A stretch of DNA of 64,000 bases from Blastocatellia bacterium (GCA_963765495.1 CAVXWP010000008.1:576001-640000); one strand, 5' to 3'. Shown: positions 47,646 to 58,251, numbered from the stretch's first letter. Made by a program: numbers and translations. The notes: generated by a model from the letters alone, not told the origin.

Positions 47646-50234
47646 TCAGGGCTTGTGGTAGATGTTGTCTATCTTTTTGCGGCCCTCTTCGATGCCTTTT
47701 TCAGCTTCGCGGTGTGGCTTCTTCCGGCCCTCATCGACGCCGTTTTCAATTTCGTGAGGGGCCTTCTTAGGTTTGTCGCGAGGGTCATCAGGCTGCCCTT
47801 CCGGCCATTGATCATCGGGCAGTGGAGGAGTGAGCGGGGGCTCTTCCCCGCTATGTTCGTGACACGGGGTTTCGGGTTGAGTCCCCTGTATGAAATATTC
47901 TGTTCGACGCGCGGGGCAGGATTCCGTGGCAAGCTCACCTGTGGTCGGGTCTATATCTTCGCTCACGATGTTGTCTGGTTTCGGGAAACTATCACCGCCG
48001 AGATCGGGCCTCAAGGCCAGCGCGTCCTTCATAAAGGCCGTCCAGATTGGCAGGGCAGATTTGGCACCCTCAAGCCCAAGCTCGGTGTTGTCGTCAAACC
48101 CCACCCAGACGACGCAAACCAGATTCGGAGTATACCCGGCAAACCACCCGTCGCGCGAAGTCCCGGTCTTGCCCGCGGCTGTTGCGTTGAACCCCATCGC
48201 TCTGGCGCGCGCAGCCGTGCCCTTGTTCAGGACATCCTGCATTATATTGGTCATGAGCCAGCTTATTTCCGGCCTCAGTACGGAGCGTGAATCGGGCCGT
48301 GGTTCAGTGATGCTCACACCGTCAGAATTTGTCACCCGTTTGATCGCGGAGGGCTCGGAGAGATTCCCCCCGTTTGCAAACGCCGTGTAAGCCGAAGCAA
48401 CCTCGATCGGTGTGGCCTCGGCTGTTCCAAGCGCGAGGGCGGGAAAGGCTTGAGTTCGCGGAAGGCCAAGCTTCTCCGCCATCCGCGCTATCTTTGAGTA
48501 ACCGACCTTTTCAGCTATGCGAACCGTCACTACGTTGAGCGAATGCACAAGCGCGTCGCGCAGCGTGACATCCCGGTTTGAATAGACTTTACCGTAATTA
48601 TCCGGGGCGTATGTCTGACCGCGACCATAATAAAAAGTCTCCGGCGCATCCATAAAGACCGAGGCCGGCGTGATGACATCTTCACTTGAATTGGCTTCAA
48701 ATCCTGTGTTGAGAGCCGTCGCATAGACTATGGACTTAAAGACCGAGCCGGGCTGACGGTTTGCGTCCACGGCGCGATTCAACTGGCTCAGACTATAATC
48801 ACGGCCTCCCACCATAGCCACTATCTCGCCCGTTTTTGCGTTGAGCGCCACGAGCGCGGCCTGAAGAGTCCCCGGGGGAAGCGGGTCTTTCTTACGCTTT
48901 GCGAAAATTTTATCAAGATCGGCAAGAGTTTGAGTTACAGCCTTATCAGCCACACGCTGCAAGTCCATATCAATCGTCGTGTAGACGCGGTATGACTGGC
49001 GCGAAAGGTCCCGCGACGCGAGATCGGAGGTCATCTGCTGCTGCAAATAGTCTACGAAATACGGTGCATCTCCGTTTAGCGCGCTACGTCTCGGCTGAAT
49101 CTTCAGTTCCGTGGCCTTCGCCCGTTCGGCGTCGGCAGGCGTGATGTACCCGGCCTCGGCCATCGAGTCCAACACCTGATTGCGGCGCGCTCTGGCTCTC
49201 TGTAGATCTCTGTACGGCGAATAAAGGCTTGGCCCGCGAATCATCCCCGCAAGAAATGCCGATTCCTGTAGATTCAAATTCACCACATCTTTGTTGAAAT
49301 AGATCGAAGAGGCTTCACCCACCCCGTTTATCGAGTAATCGCCCGACTGCCCCATGTAAACTTCATTCGAGTAGAGTTGAAAGATCTCTTCTTTCGAGAG
49401 CTTGGTTTCAAGCACAAGGGCGATCATCATCTCCTGCAATTTGCGCTTGTAGGTTCGCTCAGGCGTCAGGAAGAAGTTCTTCACCAGTTGTTGAGTGATC
49501 GAGGAGCCGCCCTGCTGAATCTCGTTCTCTTCGACATTGCGCCAGAGGGCGCGAGCTATCCCACGATAATTTATCCCCGAATGCTCGTAAAATTGCCGAT
49601 CTTCAATAGCAACCACGCCGTTGACGAAATCTTTTGGCAGGTCTTTGAATGATACGAGCTTTTGCTTCTGGTGTTTGTCGCTCGAAATCGAAGTGAGCAT
49701 CTCGGGTTCAAGCAGCGTGCTGTCGAGATTGCGTTTTGTATCGAGATCGGTGATCTTCGTTATCCCGCCCTTTGGTCCAAAGGCCACGGTGATATTCGGA
49801 AATTGCCGGGCGCCGTTTATAACCGCTTCGCTGCTTGAATGAATATCAATCGTGTTGCCGTCTATCTCATAGCGTCCGCGCTTCGAATCGGCATCCTTCG
49901 TTGAAGAGACATAGCCTATGCCGTCGAGGTAGCTCTTGAGCGAGGCGAGCGTCATCCCCTGTTTGACACTGATCGTGCGAGGCGCGGCAAAGATGCCCGT
50001 CGTCCGCACGATTACGTCGCCGCGCAGCCGGGCATCTATCATCCTCGAATACTTGAAGTAAAAAAATGAGAAGATGGAAACGAAGATCAGCGCCAGAATC
50101 CCCAGTATGGCCAGCTTCATAGGAGAGAAGATGCGCCGGAGAAGGCTCGGGCGTTCTTCCCTTCTGATGACCTGTGTCTTGGGTTTTCTGGTAGCGGTCG
50201 CCAAAGCTCTAAAAACACTTCCCTTTCCAATCAA
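47646..50234 (-). CDS. mrcB: class A penicillin-binding protein (PBP1B-like)
   Basis: TM anchor, UB2H-like insert, EDRQFYEH, GSSITQQLVKN, SVFK, SLN and KTG motifs. Confidence 0.88.
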   Translation of the reverse strand: MIGKGSVFRALATATRKPKTQVIRREERPSLLRRIFSPMKLAILGILALIFVSIFSFFYFKYSRMIDARLRGDVIVRTTGIFAAPRTISVKQGMTLASLKSYLDGIGYVSSTKDADSKRGRYEIDGNTIDIHSSSEAVINGARQFPNITVAFGPKGGITKITDLDTKRNLDSTLLEPEMLTSISSDKHQKQKLVSFKDLPKDFVNGVVAIEDRQFYEHSGINYRGIARALWRNVEENEIQQGGSSITQQLVKNFFLTPERTYKRKLQEMMIALVLETKLSKEEIFQLYSNEVYMGQSGDYSINGVGEASSIYFNKDVVNLNLQESAFLAGMIRGPSLYSPYRDLQRARARRNQVLDSMAEAGYITPADAERAKATELKIQPRRSALNGDAPYFVDYLQQQMTSDLASRDLSRQSYRVYTTIDMDLQRVADKAVTQTLADLDKIFAKRKKDPLPPGTLQAALVALNAKTGEIVAMVGGRDYSLSQLNRAVDANRQPGSVFKSIVYATALNTGFEANSSEDVITPASVFMDAPETFYYGRGQTYAPDNYGKVYSNRDVTLRDALVHSLNVVTVRIAEKVGYSKIARMAEKLGLPRTQAFPALALGTAEATPIEVASAYTAFANGGNLSEPSAIKRVTNSDGVSITEPRPDSRSVLRPEISWLMTNIMQDVLNKGTAARARAMGFNATAAGKTGTSRDGWFAGYTPNLVCVVWVGFDDNTELGLEGAKSALPIWTAFMKDALALRPDLGGDSFPKPDNIVSEDIDPTTGELATESCPARRTEYFIQGTQPETPCHEHSGEEPPLTPPLPDDQWPEGQPDDPRDKPKKAPHEIENGVDEGRKKPHREAEKGIEEGRKKIDNIYHKP

Positions 50235-50374
50235 TTCGAGCGGTTAGATTCCCGCCGGCTCGATTTGGTTTGTTTGAACTCAAATCGCGCGCCTGATTGC
50301 GTTGGGAGCCAATAAAGACTCTATCACTCAGAAAGGGGCTAAAACAAGAAGGGCTATTGAATCAGGGTTGGCCG

Positions 50375-51547
50375 TCAGGAGGCAATCGACTTAAGCCTTT
50401 GCAGGCGCTCTTCGGCGGCCGTAAGAGTCTCATCCTTTTTGCAAAAAGTGAATCGCACCTGTGAGCGACCCAGATGCGGCTCGTGATAGAAACTGCTCCC
50501 CGGAACGACCGCCACCCCGATTTCCTTTACAAGAAAATGAGCGAATTTCACATCATCATCGTAACCAAAAACGCTGATGTCGGTCATAATATAGTAAGCG
50601 CCGTCTGGATCGAAACACTTGAACCCGACATCTTTCAACACAGAAAGCAAACGCGAGCGGCGAATAGAATAATCGGATTGGAGCTTTTCATAATAAGTCC
50701 GGGGCAGGCGAAGCGCGTGCGCGCCCGCTTCCTGCAACGGGGCCGCCGCGCCTACGGTCAGAAAATCATGCACCTTGCGAATGGCCTGCGTAATTTCAGG
50801 CGGCGCGATGGTATAGCCGACTCTCCAGCCGGTGACGCTGTAAGTCTTCGACAGACCATTAATCGTTATGGTTCGGTCGCGCATGCCGTCGAGCGTCGCA
50901 ATAGCCAGATGTTTCTTGTCGTTGAAGAGTATGTGTTCGTAAATCTCGTCGGTGATCGCGATGACGTTCCACTCCTGGCAGAGCGAGGCAATGTATTCAA
51001 GCTCTTCGCGGGAAAACACCTTCCCGGTAGGATTATTAGGCGTATTGATGATGATCGCCTTTGTGTTGTCATTAAAGGCGGAGCGAAGCTCATCGGGGTC
51101 GTATGACCAGTCGGGCGCGCTGAGAGTGACATAACGCGGAATTGCGCCTGAGAGAATCGCGTCGGGGCCGTAGTTCTCATAAAACGGTTCGAAGACCACA
51201 ACCTCATCGCCGGGATTTACGATTGCCATCAGCGCCGCGATCATGGCTTCGGTCGACCCGCATGTGACCGTCAGTTCGCGTTCGGGATCGACCTCAAGGC
51301 CGAGATACCACGAGCTTTTTTCGGCGATGGCATCACGGAAATTCTTTGCTCCCCATGTGATTGCGTACTGATTTATGTCGGCTTGAATGGCATCACAGGC
51401 GGCGAGTTTGATACTTTCGGGGGCTGAAAAATCCGGGAAGCCCTGCGACAGATTCACAGCCTCGTAGAGGTGGGCCTGACGCGTCATATCTCGAATGACC
51501 GATTCCGTAAATTGCTCTGCTTTTTGCGAGATAATCCTTTTTGGCAT
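50375..51547 (-). CDS. PLP-dependent aminotransferase class I/II
   Basis: NLSQGFPDF, NTPNNPTG, DEIY and SKTYSVTGWRVG motifs. Confidence 0.92.
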   Translation of the reverse strand: MPKRIISQKAEQFTESVIRDMTRQAHLYEAVNLSQGFPDFSAPESIKLAACDAIQADINQYAITWGAKNFRDAIAEKSSWYLGLEVDPERELTVTCGSTEAMIAALMAIVNPGDEVVVFEPFYENYGPDAILSGAIPRYVTLSAPDWSYDPDELRSAFNDNTKAIIINTPNNPTGKVFSREELEYIASLCQEWNVIAITDEIYEHILFNDKKHLAIATLDGMRDRTITINGLSKTYSVTGWRVGYTIAPPEITQAIRKVHDFLTVGAAAPLQEAGAHALRLPRTYYEKLQSDYSIRRSRLLSVLKDVGFKCFDPDGAYYIMTDISVFGYDDDVKFAHFLVKEIGVAVVPGSSFYHEPHLGRSQVRFTFCKKDETLTAAEERLQRLKSIAS

Positions 51548-51638
51548 TTGTGGCCTCTGAGACAAGAAAGATTAGACAGGATTTACAGGATACACAAGCC
51601 GGATTTTCAAGTATTCAGAGATCGCGATCAAAACCGTA

Positions 51639-52583
51639 TCATCGCTCGTCTATCTCCTGTTGCAATATCTGAATTATCGACTCAGCCGCCGAGGCCAGCT
51701 CGCCTTCCGGGTCGAGCCTGATGTAATTGCGATATGCCTCAATGGCCTCTTTGTTTCTCTTTTCACCTTCGAGAATCTCGGCCAACTGATAATAAAGGAT
51801 TGGCTCGGTATCCATATCCTGAATCAGACCCGCGCGATAATGCCTGACGGCAAGGTCCACTTCTCCGGCTTCCTTATAGGCGATGCCTATACCGATATTC
51901 GCCTCGAAGGAATCATTTCGCGCCAGTTGGAGCGCCTTTTTGTATTCGGCTATTGCTTCATCATAAAGCCCCTGAGAACGCCGCAGATTGGCAAGAATAG
52001 TATGAGCTTCGGGCGAAGGCCGAGGCATCTCTTTCATCGCCGCTTTGATCTGCTTTTCAGCTTCCTCAAAATCCTGAATCGTTGTCAGGCTTCGCGTCAT
52101 GGCTAAACGAACAACGGGAAAGGCCGATCTTATCGCGAGCGCCTGTCGGTATTCCTCAAGCGCGTCTTTGTTCTGTCCCTTATCGCGCAAGGCATCGCCC
52201 CTTTGATAATGCAGAATCGCTTCATCACTCTCCGGCTTCTGTGTAACATTTAGCGCACTGGTCTTCCCTGCCGCAATGACTATTCGGCCCTGCCAGTCCA
52301 CAAATCCGACCGTACGAACCCTGACAGGATAAGCTCCGGCCTTGACTCGCGGGAGGTTAAGTTCTCCGGCGTCGTTTGTAACTCCGTGCCTCACGTTGTT
52401 TATAAAGACTACCGAGCCGGGATGGCTCGTAGTGATCTTGACGGCCCCCGTGGCTGAGGAAGCCGCCCGCTTTTGCGCCATCCCTTCAACAAAGACGCAA
52501 AACAAAAAGGCGGTAACGGATAGACTGATGGCCGATGCGCAGAGTTTAGAAACGCTGTATCGCTTTGTCAGATTCATGTCCAT
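51639..52583 (-). CDS. exported PEGA-like + TPR protein
   Basis: Signal peptide, beta-rich domain, multiple TPR units. Confidence 0.8.
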   Translation of the reverse strand: MDMNLTKRYSVSKLCASAISLSVTAFLFCVFVEGMAQKRAASSATGAVKITTSHPGSVVFINNVRHGVTNDAGELNLPRVKAGAYPVRVRTVGFVDWQGRIVIAAGKTSALNVTQKPESDEAILHYQRGDALRDKGQNKDALEEYRQALAIRSAFPVVRLAMTRSLTTIQDFEEAEKQIKAAMKEMPRPSPEAHTILANLRRSQGLYDEAIAEYKKALQLARNDSFEANIGIGIAYKEAGEVDLAVRHYRAGLIQDMDTEPILYYQLAEILEGEKRNKEAIEAYRNYIRLDPEGELASAAESIIQILQQEIDER

Positions 52584-52598
52584 AAGACTAACACCCTG

Positions 52599-54845
52599 TT
52601 ATTTATACAAGCGCCTGTAGTTGGCTGAATAGCGCAGCACACCCTGAACATAGCCGCGAGTCTCGCGGAAAGGAATTGATTCGATCCAATCTTCTATGTC
52701 CATTGATCCGCGCTCGGCAATCCATCGTTTTGCGCGACCCGGCCCCGCATTATAGGCAGCCGCCGCATATTCAATCCGCCCGAATTGCCCGAGCATTTGC
52801 GCCAGATAATTCATGCCCAGCTTGATATTGATCGCAGGGGTGTAGAGATCGGCGGTTGAGATACTGCCTGTTCCCGCCCGTTTTGCTACCAGCCGCCCGG
52901 TTGCGGGCATCAGTTGCATCAATCCTCGCGCGCCTACCCGTGATATGGCGTTGGGATTAAAAACGCTCTCCTGACGAATCAACCCCGCCGCCATGTACGG
53001 GTCTATCCCGTACCGCTTCGCCTCCTGCTTGATCGTCTCCCATCCCACCATAGGGAAGAAAATCTCCCACGCCTCGCGGGGCAATTCAGATTCATCATAA
53101 GAGTAGATATCTGGATACCCATGACGCAAAACCAGGGTCGCCTGAAACTTGTCGCCGCGACGAGAATAGTTTTGAGCGAGTCGAAGGTTTAATCTTGGCG
53201 AATCGGGTGCGCGCTCGAGCGCCTTGTTCAACTCCTTAACGGCCTGTTCGTTCAACCCGATCATCTCAAGATCATCGGCTCTGGCCACGCGGTCGGATTC
53301 CGATCCGTCGGCTGTTTCTTGAATCTTTTCAACATGGAGCGCATTCCGGCGGATTTGCTCAAGCTCGGGCCATTTTTTAGCGTCTTCCGGTTTGAGCCGT
53401 GAATCGCTCGCTCGCAGGGCTGATGCTCGCAGCCCCGCGACGTAGCCGTGATAGCCGAAGCGATAGCGCTCTATGGCTATGTCATAGAGCGCTAGAGCAC
53501 GCGACTTGTTACCCATTCGCTCTTCGGATTTGCCAGCCCAGAACGCGGCTTCGCCTATGAATTTTGTGTCCGGGTAGCGATAGTTTGCCAGATGCTGCTC
53601 AAGCAGGCTTGCCGCCTCGGAATACTTTCGATCCTGATAGGCTTCCCATCCCAGATCATAAGAAGCCTCTGGAGCGTATTCGCCTTTCGGATAAGTTGCA
53701 ACCAGTTGCCTGTAACGGGCCGAGGCTTCGGTTTCACGATCCTGTTTGTCATAATAACTGGCCAGATTGTAAAGCGCCTCTTCGGTCCTCCGGCTCTTTG
53801 GATACTGACGCAACATGCGGTCAACTATGGCCGAAGATTCAGATGCGCGATTGGAGCTTCTGAGGGCTTCAGCCTGATAATAGAGAGATTCGGCCTGTAC
53901 ATCGGCATTGCGGCTGTTGACCTTTGCAAGCGGCAACACGGCCTGGGCGGGCTTCTTGCTGCCCACAAGGCTGATACCATAACGCAACTGCACCTCTTCG
54001 AGCCGCTCGGCATCGGGGAACCGCGCCAACAAATCTTCGTAGGCCTGCGAGGCGTCCCCGTACTGCCTGGCCATGAAGAGCGCATCAGCCCGCCCTCGCT
54101 CTTCGTCAAAAGAGCCGGGATTTGTTTTCGGGTCTGCGCCCAATGCGGCAAGCCGGGTTTCGGCCTTTACCCGCGCAGTTGTGGCAGGCAGTTTGTAATA
54201 GAGGTAACGGTACAGATTTAAGGCTTTGTCATTCTCTCCCTTAAATTCCAGCGCCTGTGCCTTTACATAAATTGCATCTGCATCATCTGCCCCAGCCAGT
54301 TCGCTCACCTCTTTGATAGCGCTGTTCGGATCTCCATTTGCGAGCGCGGTCGAGGCTGCCTTGAGTTTTGAATCGCGCGCCATAATTGAATCGGGGTGCT
54401 TCGTATAAAGTATCCCGTAATCGCGCAACGCATCGGAATTTGCGCCTGAGGCAAGCTCGCTTTCGGCACGATAAAATAGAGTGTAATCGCCCAGACTCGA
54501 GTTTGCGCCCACCGCGCGTGAGTCGAGCGCATCTATGGCCGCAGAATAATTTTGAGCCGAATAATACAGATAGCCCCGCAGGAACCGGGCAAGCGAGGCC
54601 GTTCGCGTACGTGGATACTTCGCCTCGATGCGACCTAACTCTTCGGCAGAAGGCTTGCCCGATGAATTTGCTACCAGCATTCTTAGCTCTGCCAGCCCCC
54701 GCTCCGGGTCGCCCGGATTGCGCTGGCACGAGCCGGTTCCCGGCATAATCATATAAACAAGCAGAATCAATAACGGTAGAGCCATGAAGACGGATCGCCT
54801 GGCCAGACTCATAGAGTTAATCAGATTGCGGAGATAATTAAACAT
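52599..54845 (-). CDS. TPR-containing soluble lytic transglycosylase (Slt70-like; start uncertain)
   Basis: IRQESVF, GARGLMQLMP, AAYNAG and ETRGYV motifs. Confidence 0.9.
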   Translation of the reverse strand: MFNYLRNLINSMSLARRSVFMALPLLILLVYMIMPGTGSCQRNPGDPERGLAELRMLVANSSGKPSAEELGRIEAKYPRTRTASLARFLRGYLYYSAQNYSAAIDALDSRAVGANSSLGDYTLFYRAESELASGANSDALRDYGILYTKHPDSIMARDSKLKAASTALANGDPNSAIKEVSELAGADDADAIYVKAQALEFKGENDKALNLYRYLYYKLPATTARVKAETRLAALGADPKTNPGSFDEERGRADALFMARQYGDASQAYEDLLARFPDAERLEEVQLRYGISLVGSKKPAQAVLPLAKVNSRNADVQAESLYYQAEALRSSNRASESSAIVDRMLRQYPKSRRTEEALYNLASYYDKQDRETEASARYRQLVATYPKGEYAPEASYDLGWEAYQDRKYSEAASLLEQHLANYRYPDTKFIGEAAFWAGKSEERMGNKSRALALYDIAIERYRFGYHGYVAGLRASALRASDSRLKPEDAKKWPELEQIRRNALHVEKIQETADGSESDRVARADDLEMIGLNEQAVKELNKALERAPDSPRLNLRLAQNYSRRGDKFQATLVLRHGYPDIYSYDESELPREAWEIFFPMVGWETIKQEAKRYGIDPYMAAGLIRQESVFNPNAISRVGARGLMQLMPATGRLVAKRAGTGSISTADLYTPAINIKLGMNYLAQMLGQFGRIEYAAAAYNAGPGRAKRWIAERGSMDIEDWIESIPFRETRGYVQGVLRYSANYRRLYK

Positions 54846-54949
54846 AGACGGTTCCCCATACATTTTTGCCTGCTGGTGAATAGAATTCAAAGGGGCTGAT
54901 GAAATTATTATCTAAGAGGTTGGCTGACGCAAAAGGAAAGGAGAGAAAA

Positions 54950-55079
54950 AAGGGATGAGAGATGAGGGATGAGGGATGAAAAAGAGTTTAAGATTACAGT
55001 CTGATGAGTTGGTTCGACCTGTTGCTGAATTGTTTTCCCGCTGTCCTTTTCATCCCTCATCCCTCATCCCTCATCCCTT
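54950..55079. repeat. inverted heptamer-repeat element (GGGATGA)4/(TCATCCC)4
   Basis: Arms 54950-54982 and 55047-55079. Confidence 0.88.
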
Positions 55080-55082
55080 AGA

Positions 55083-56459
55083 TCACACTCTGACCGTTGG
55101 TCCGGGAGAGTCGGAGCCGAGTTTGGCCGGGTCGCCTTCGGCAAGCGTGTTTACAAGTTCATCATAAAAGTAGTCGAATTTGGCCGCGACCGTGGGCGTA
55201 ACTCGCTTCTCATACATCTGGCGGCTACGGTCTATGTCTTCCTTCAGCCGGTCGTAAAGATCATTATGGCGTCGCCCATCAGAAACCTTCTGCTCGTTAT
55301 AAAGTTTTATCTCGCTTACGAGCAAACGGGCAAACCGTCGAGCCTCGTTGTGAAGTCTCTTTTCCTCTTCACTTTGCGGATTAGCAGCATCCAACCCATT
55401 GGCGGCGACCGGCGGAGCCGGAGGTGGCGCGGGCTGTGTATTCGTATGGAAAGCAAAACCTTGCGGCTCTTCGGCGGGCGAAGGTGGCGCGGGCTCGGCC
55501 GCCGGCCTGAAATATGTAGGAGATCCATAGGCTGATGGCTGGGCTTCGCTTGCGACTGCGGGTTGAGGCTGTGGAGCCGGTTCTGAGGGCGGGTTAAGCG
55601 CGCCACTCGTCGAAGCCTGTTGCGCAGCCTGAGAAGGTGTATCTCCTCTTTGCTCGGATGCGGCAGGTTGAGCGAGCGTTCCCGTAGACCCGGCTTGCCG
55701 GACGGGTGGTTTTGCGCCTTCCAAAACGCGAGCCCTCAACGAAACCAGTTCCACTACAAGCCCCGAGGTGTAAACCAATAATTCAATAGCCTCAACATTA
55801 ATCGCCCCTTCGTGGCGATCCGCCGAGTCGGCGTAAAGTACGGCCGCAGTTTTGCCGCGCACCTTTAGCGGAACAGCGAGCACGCGTTCCGGGCGGACAT
55901 CCCCCAGATGAGTGAAAATGGAAGAATTGTCAACCTGCTGATCCGGCGGTCCGTAAAATGTCTGTTTTGAGTCAAGCCCGGCGCGCAATGCAGTGTCTGC
56001 CTGCAAGGATATGGAGAGGCCCCGGATCGAGTTATTGTTTACACCGTTATCGAAGCCGCGTGCAGCCCAGGCAAGCGCATTCTGCCCCTTGACTACAAAC
56101 AACACAACACGAGGAGCGAAGTTTTCGGCGCGGGCAACCAGCGCGTTAAGCACATCGGCCTGGGTGCGCTGCTCGTCCAGTTCGGCAACTGAATCTTTCA
56201 ACAATGCTATATCGGCTCCAAGCCGGACGCTTTCAGTGCTGGCCGTATCAATTTGCGCAGTCACCTCCGCTGTGATTTTTGCCAGCGCCTCATCGCCGTC
56301 CGGCAAGGTAGCAGTTGCGTCGGTTCGTTCCAGTAATTTCGTGAACGATTCGTTGACCTCACGCTGCAAATGGCTTATGTCTGTCTCAAGAATGCTGAGA
56401 CGAGAGCGCACGAGTTCTTCTATCTGTCGGCGCAGCCGAATCTCTTGCTCATTCTCCAC
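55083..56459 (-). CDS. hypothetical protein: coiled coil, GAF-like domain, Pro-rich linker, C-terminal helical domain
   Basis: LAVPLKVRGKTAAVLYAD (GAF-like); ARRFARLLVSEIKLYN. Confidence 0.75.
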   Translation of the reverse strand: MENEQEIRLRRQIEELVRSRLSILETDISHLQREVNESFTKLLERTDATATLPDGDEALAKITAEVTAQIDTASTESVRLGADIALLKDSVAELDEQRTQADVLNALVARAENFAPRVVLFVVKGQNALAWAARGFDNGVNNNSIRGLSISLQADTALRAGLDSKQTFYGPPDQQVDNSSIFTHLGDVRPERVLAVPLKVRGKTAAVLYADSADRHEGAINVEAIELLVYTSGLVVELVSLRARVLEGAKPPVRQAGSTGTLAQPAASEQRGDTPSQAAQQASTSGALNPPSEPAPQPQPAVASEAQPSAYGSPTYFRPAAEPAPPSPAEEPQGFAFHTNTQPAPPPAPPVAANGLDAANPQSEEEKRLHNEARRFARLLVSEIKLYNEQKVSDGRRHNDLYDRLKEDIDRSRQMYEKRVTPTVAAKFDYFYDELVNTLAEGDPAKLGSDSPGPTVRV

Positions 56460-56724
56460 CTGGAATCCTCCCTATCAATCGCGAAATGGTTGATGCCGCC
56501 GGGGCTAAAAGGCTTGTCTTCGCGTAAGGCGATTATCACTCACCATTTAGCGCTTGTCAATAATAGGTAAAAAAGCTTTGTCTGCCCTCGGGGCTTCGCT
56601 CCCGGCCACATACAGGTTCAGACGGTTGATAAAAGCGGACAAGCGCGAATACAATTCGGCATCGAGTAAATGTGAATTCGTATTGACATGGATCGTACTC
56701 CAAAGGCCCTGATGGAGGGAAAGC

Positions 56725-57282
56725 ATGCCTGCAAATGATTACCATTTCATCACTGAATGGCGAGTCGAGGGAATTGTCAATGAGGTAGCCGATGTGTTGA
56801 AAAACGCCACAGACCTGCCTCGGTGGTGGCCTTCGGTCTATCTCGATGTAAAAGAATTGGAGCCGGGAGATGAAGAAGGTGTAGGCAAGGTCGTCGCTCT
56901 CTATACAAAAGGATGGCTTCCCTACACCCTTCGCTGGCAGTTTCGAGTAACTGAATCGCGCTATCCACATGGTTTCACCCTCGATGCATGGGGGGACTTC
57001 AACGGGCGGGGCATCTGGACATTCGAACAGGATGGACCTTATGTAAATGTGATCTATGACTGGAAGATTCGCGCCGACAAGGTTCTGCTGAGCGCCCTTT
57101 CTTTCCTGATGAAGCCCATATTTTCCGCCAACCATCGCTGGGCTATGGAGAAAGGCGAGCAAAGCCTGAAATTGGAGATAGCACGTCGACACGCCTCAAC
57201 TCCGGAAGAGAGAGCAAGCATTCCGCCTCCCCCCGGCCCGACCTTTCCACACAATCGCAGAGGGGCGAAGGGTGATGCGTGA
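56725..57282 (+). CDS. SRPBCC/polyketide cyclase-family protein
   Basis: YHFITEWRV, LPRWWP, GDFNGRG and FSANHRWAM motifs. Confidence 0.85.
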   Translation: MPANDYHFITEWRVEGIVNEVADVLKNATDLPRWWPSVYLDVKELEPGDEEGVGKVVALYTKGWLPYTLRWQFRVTESRYPHGFTLDAWGDFNGRGIWTFEQDGPYVNVIYDWKIRADKVLLSALSFLMKPIFSANHRWAMEKGEQSLKLEIARRHASTPEERASIPPPPGPTFPHNRRGAKGDA

Positions 57283-57368
57283 TCGGTGATGCGTGATTTA
57301 CTTGATTTGCAATTTATCTTTATCAAACAGGTTTACATATAGTCACGAATCACGAATCACGCATCACG
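57272..57368. repeat. inverted heptamer-repeat element (GTGATGC)n/(TCACGAA)n, copy B
   Basis: Left arm includes the SRPBCC stop; spacer is homologous to the reverse complement of the 45025-45143 spacer. Confidence 0.85.
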
Positions 57369-57475
57369 TAAAAAGGTTGACCGAGCGTTACCTATATGAT
57401 AAATCGCTGAAAGCAGCGCATAACTAACCTGTGTGAACAAGCGGTACTTCATTTCCCGAGGTTGGAGGGGTCAGG

Positions 57476-58204
57476 ATGATAACTGAAAAAGAGATTTCGA
57501 TTCGCCCGGATTCTCAAGCCAAAACCATGCCGCCGATCTTCCCTACCAATTCGGTAGAGTTTATCAATGCTCTCGCGCATTACTATCGCGGAGAGCTATC
57601 ACGAATGATGAGCTGGCGCGACCGGCTCGACCGGACTACAAACTGGGCCATCGGTGCGGTTGCCGCGATGCTCTCAATCTCGCTATCCTCGCCGCAGGCA
57701 CATCATGGCGTGCTGTTGTTTGCTATGTTGCTGGTCTTACTGCTGCTCGGGATCGAATCGCGCCGGTATCGCTTCTTTCACGTCTATCGCAGTCGCGTTC
57801 GGCTGATAGAGCGCAATTACTATACCCGCATATTCTCTCCGCGTGAATCCGTTGACCCCACTCACTGGATGAATAAACTCGGAGAGGACCTGCGACTGCC
57901 GCAATTCTCTTTGAGCCTGTCGCAGGCAATGGCCCGCAGACTGCGTCGTAACTATTTTTGGATGTTCCTGATCCTGCTGCTGGCGTGGTTTCTCAAAACA
58001 ACTACGGTCATCCTTCAGCCAAAGAGCGGCGAAACCGAGTTTATCCATTCAACAACCGAATTGTTCAAAAACGCCGCCATAGGCTATCTGCCCGGCTGGC
58101 TCGTCATGGCTAGCGTTCTATCTTTCTTTGCCTGGATGATTTACATAATGATTGTGCACAGAGAGAGCACGGGAGAACTGGCCTACGGCGACGTACACGT
58201 TTGA
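57476..58204 (+). CDS. DUF2270-family membrane protein
   Basis: AHYYRGELSRM..WRDRLDRTTNWA, ESRRYR and RRLRRNY motifs. Confidence 0.88.
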   Translation: MITEKEISIRPDSQAKTMPPIFPTNSVEFINALAHYYRGELSRMMSWRDRLDRTTNWAIGAVAAMLSISLSSPQAHHGVLLFAMLLVLLLLGIESRRYRFFHVYRSRVRLIERNYYTRIFSPRESVDPTHWMNKLGEDLRLPQFSLSLSQAMARRLRRNYFWMFLILLLAWFLKTTTVILQPKSGETEFIHSTTELFKNAAIGYLPGWLVMASVLSFFAWMIYIMIVHRESTGELAYGDVHV

Positions 58205-58251
58205 CCTCCGCTGAATGCCCTTCGATCAGTAAATCCAATTAGCAATAAAGG

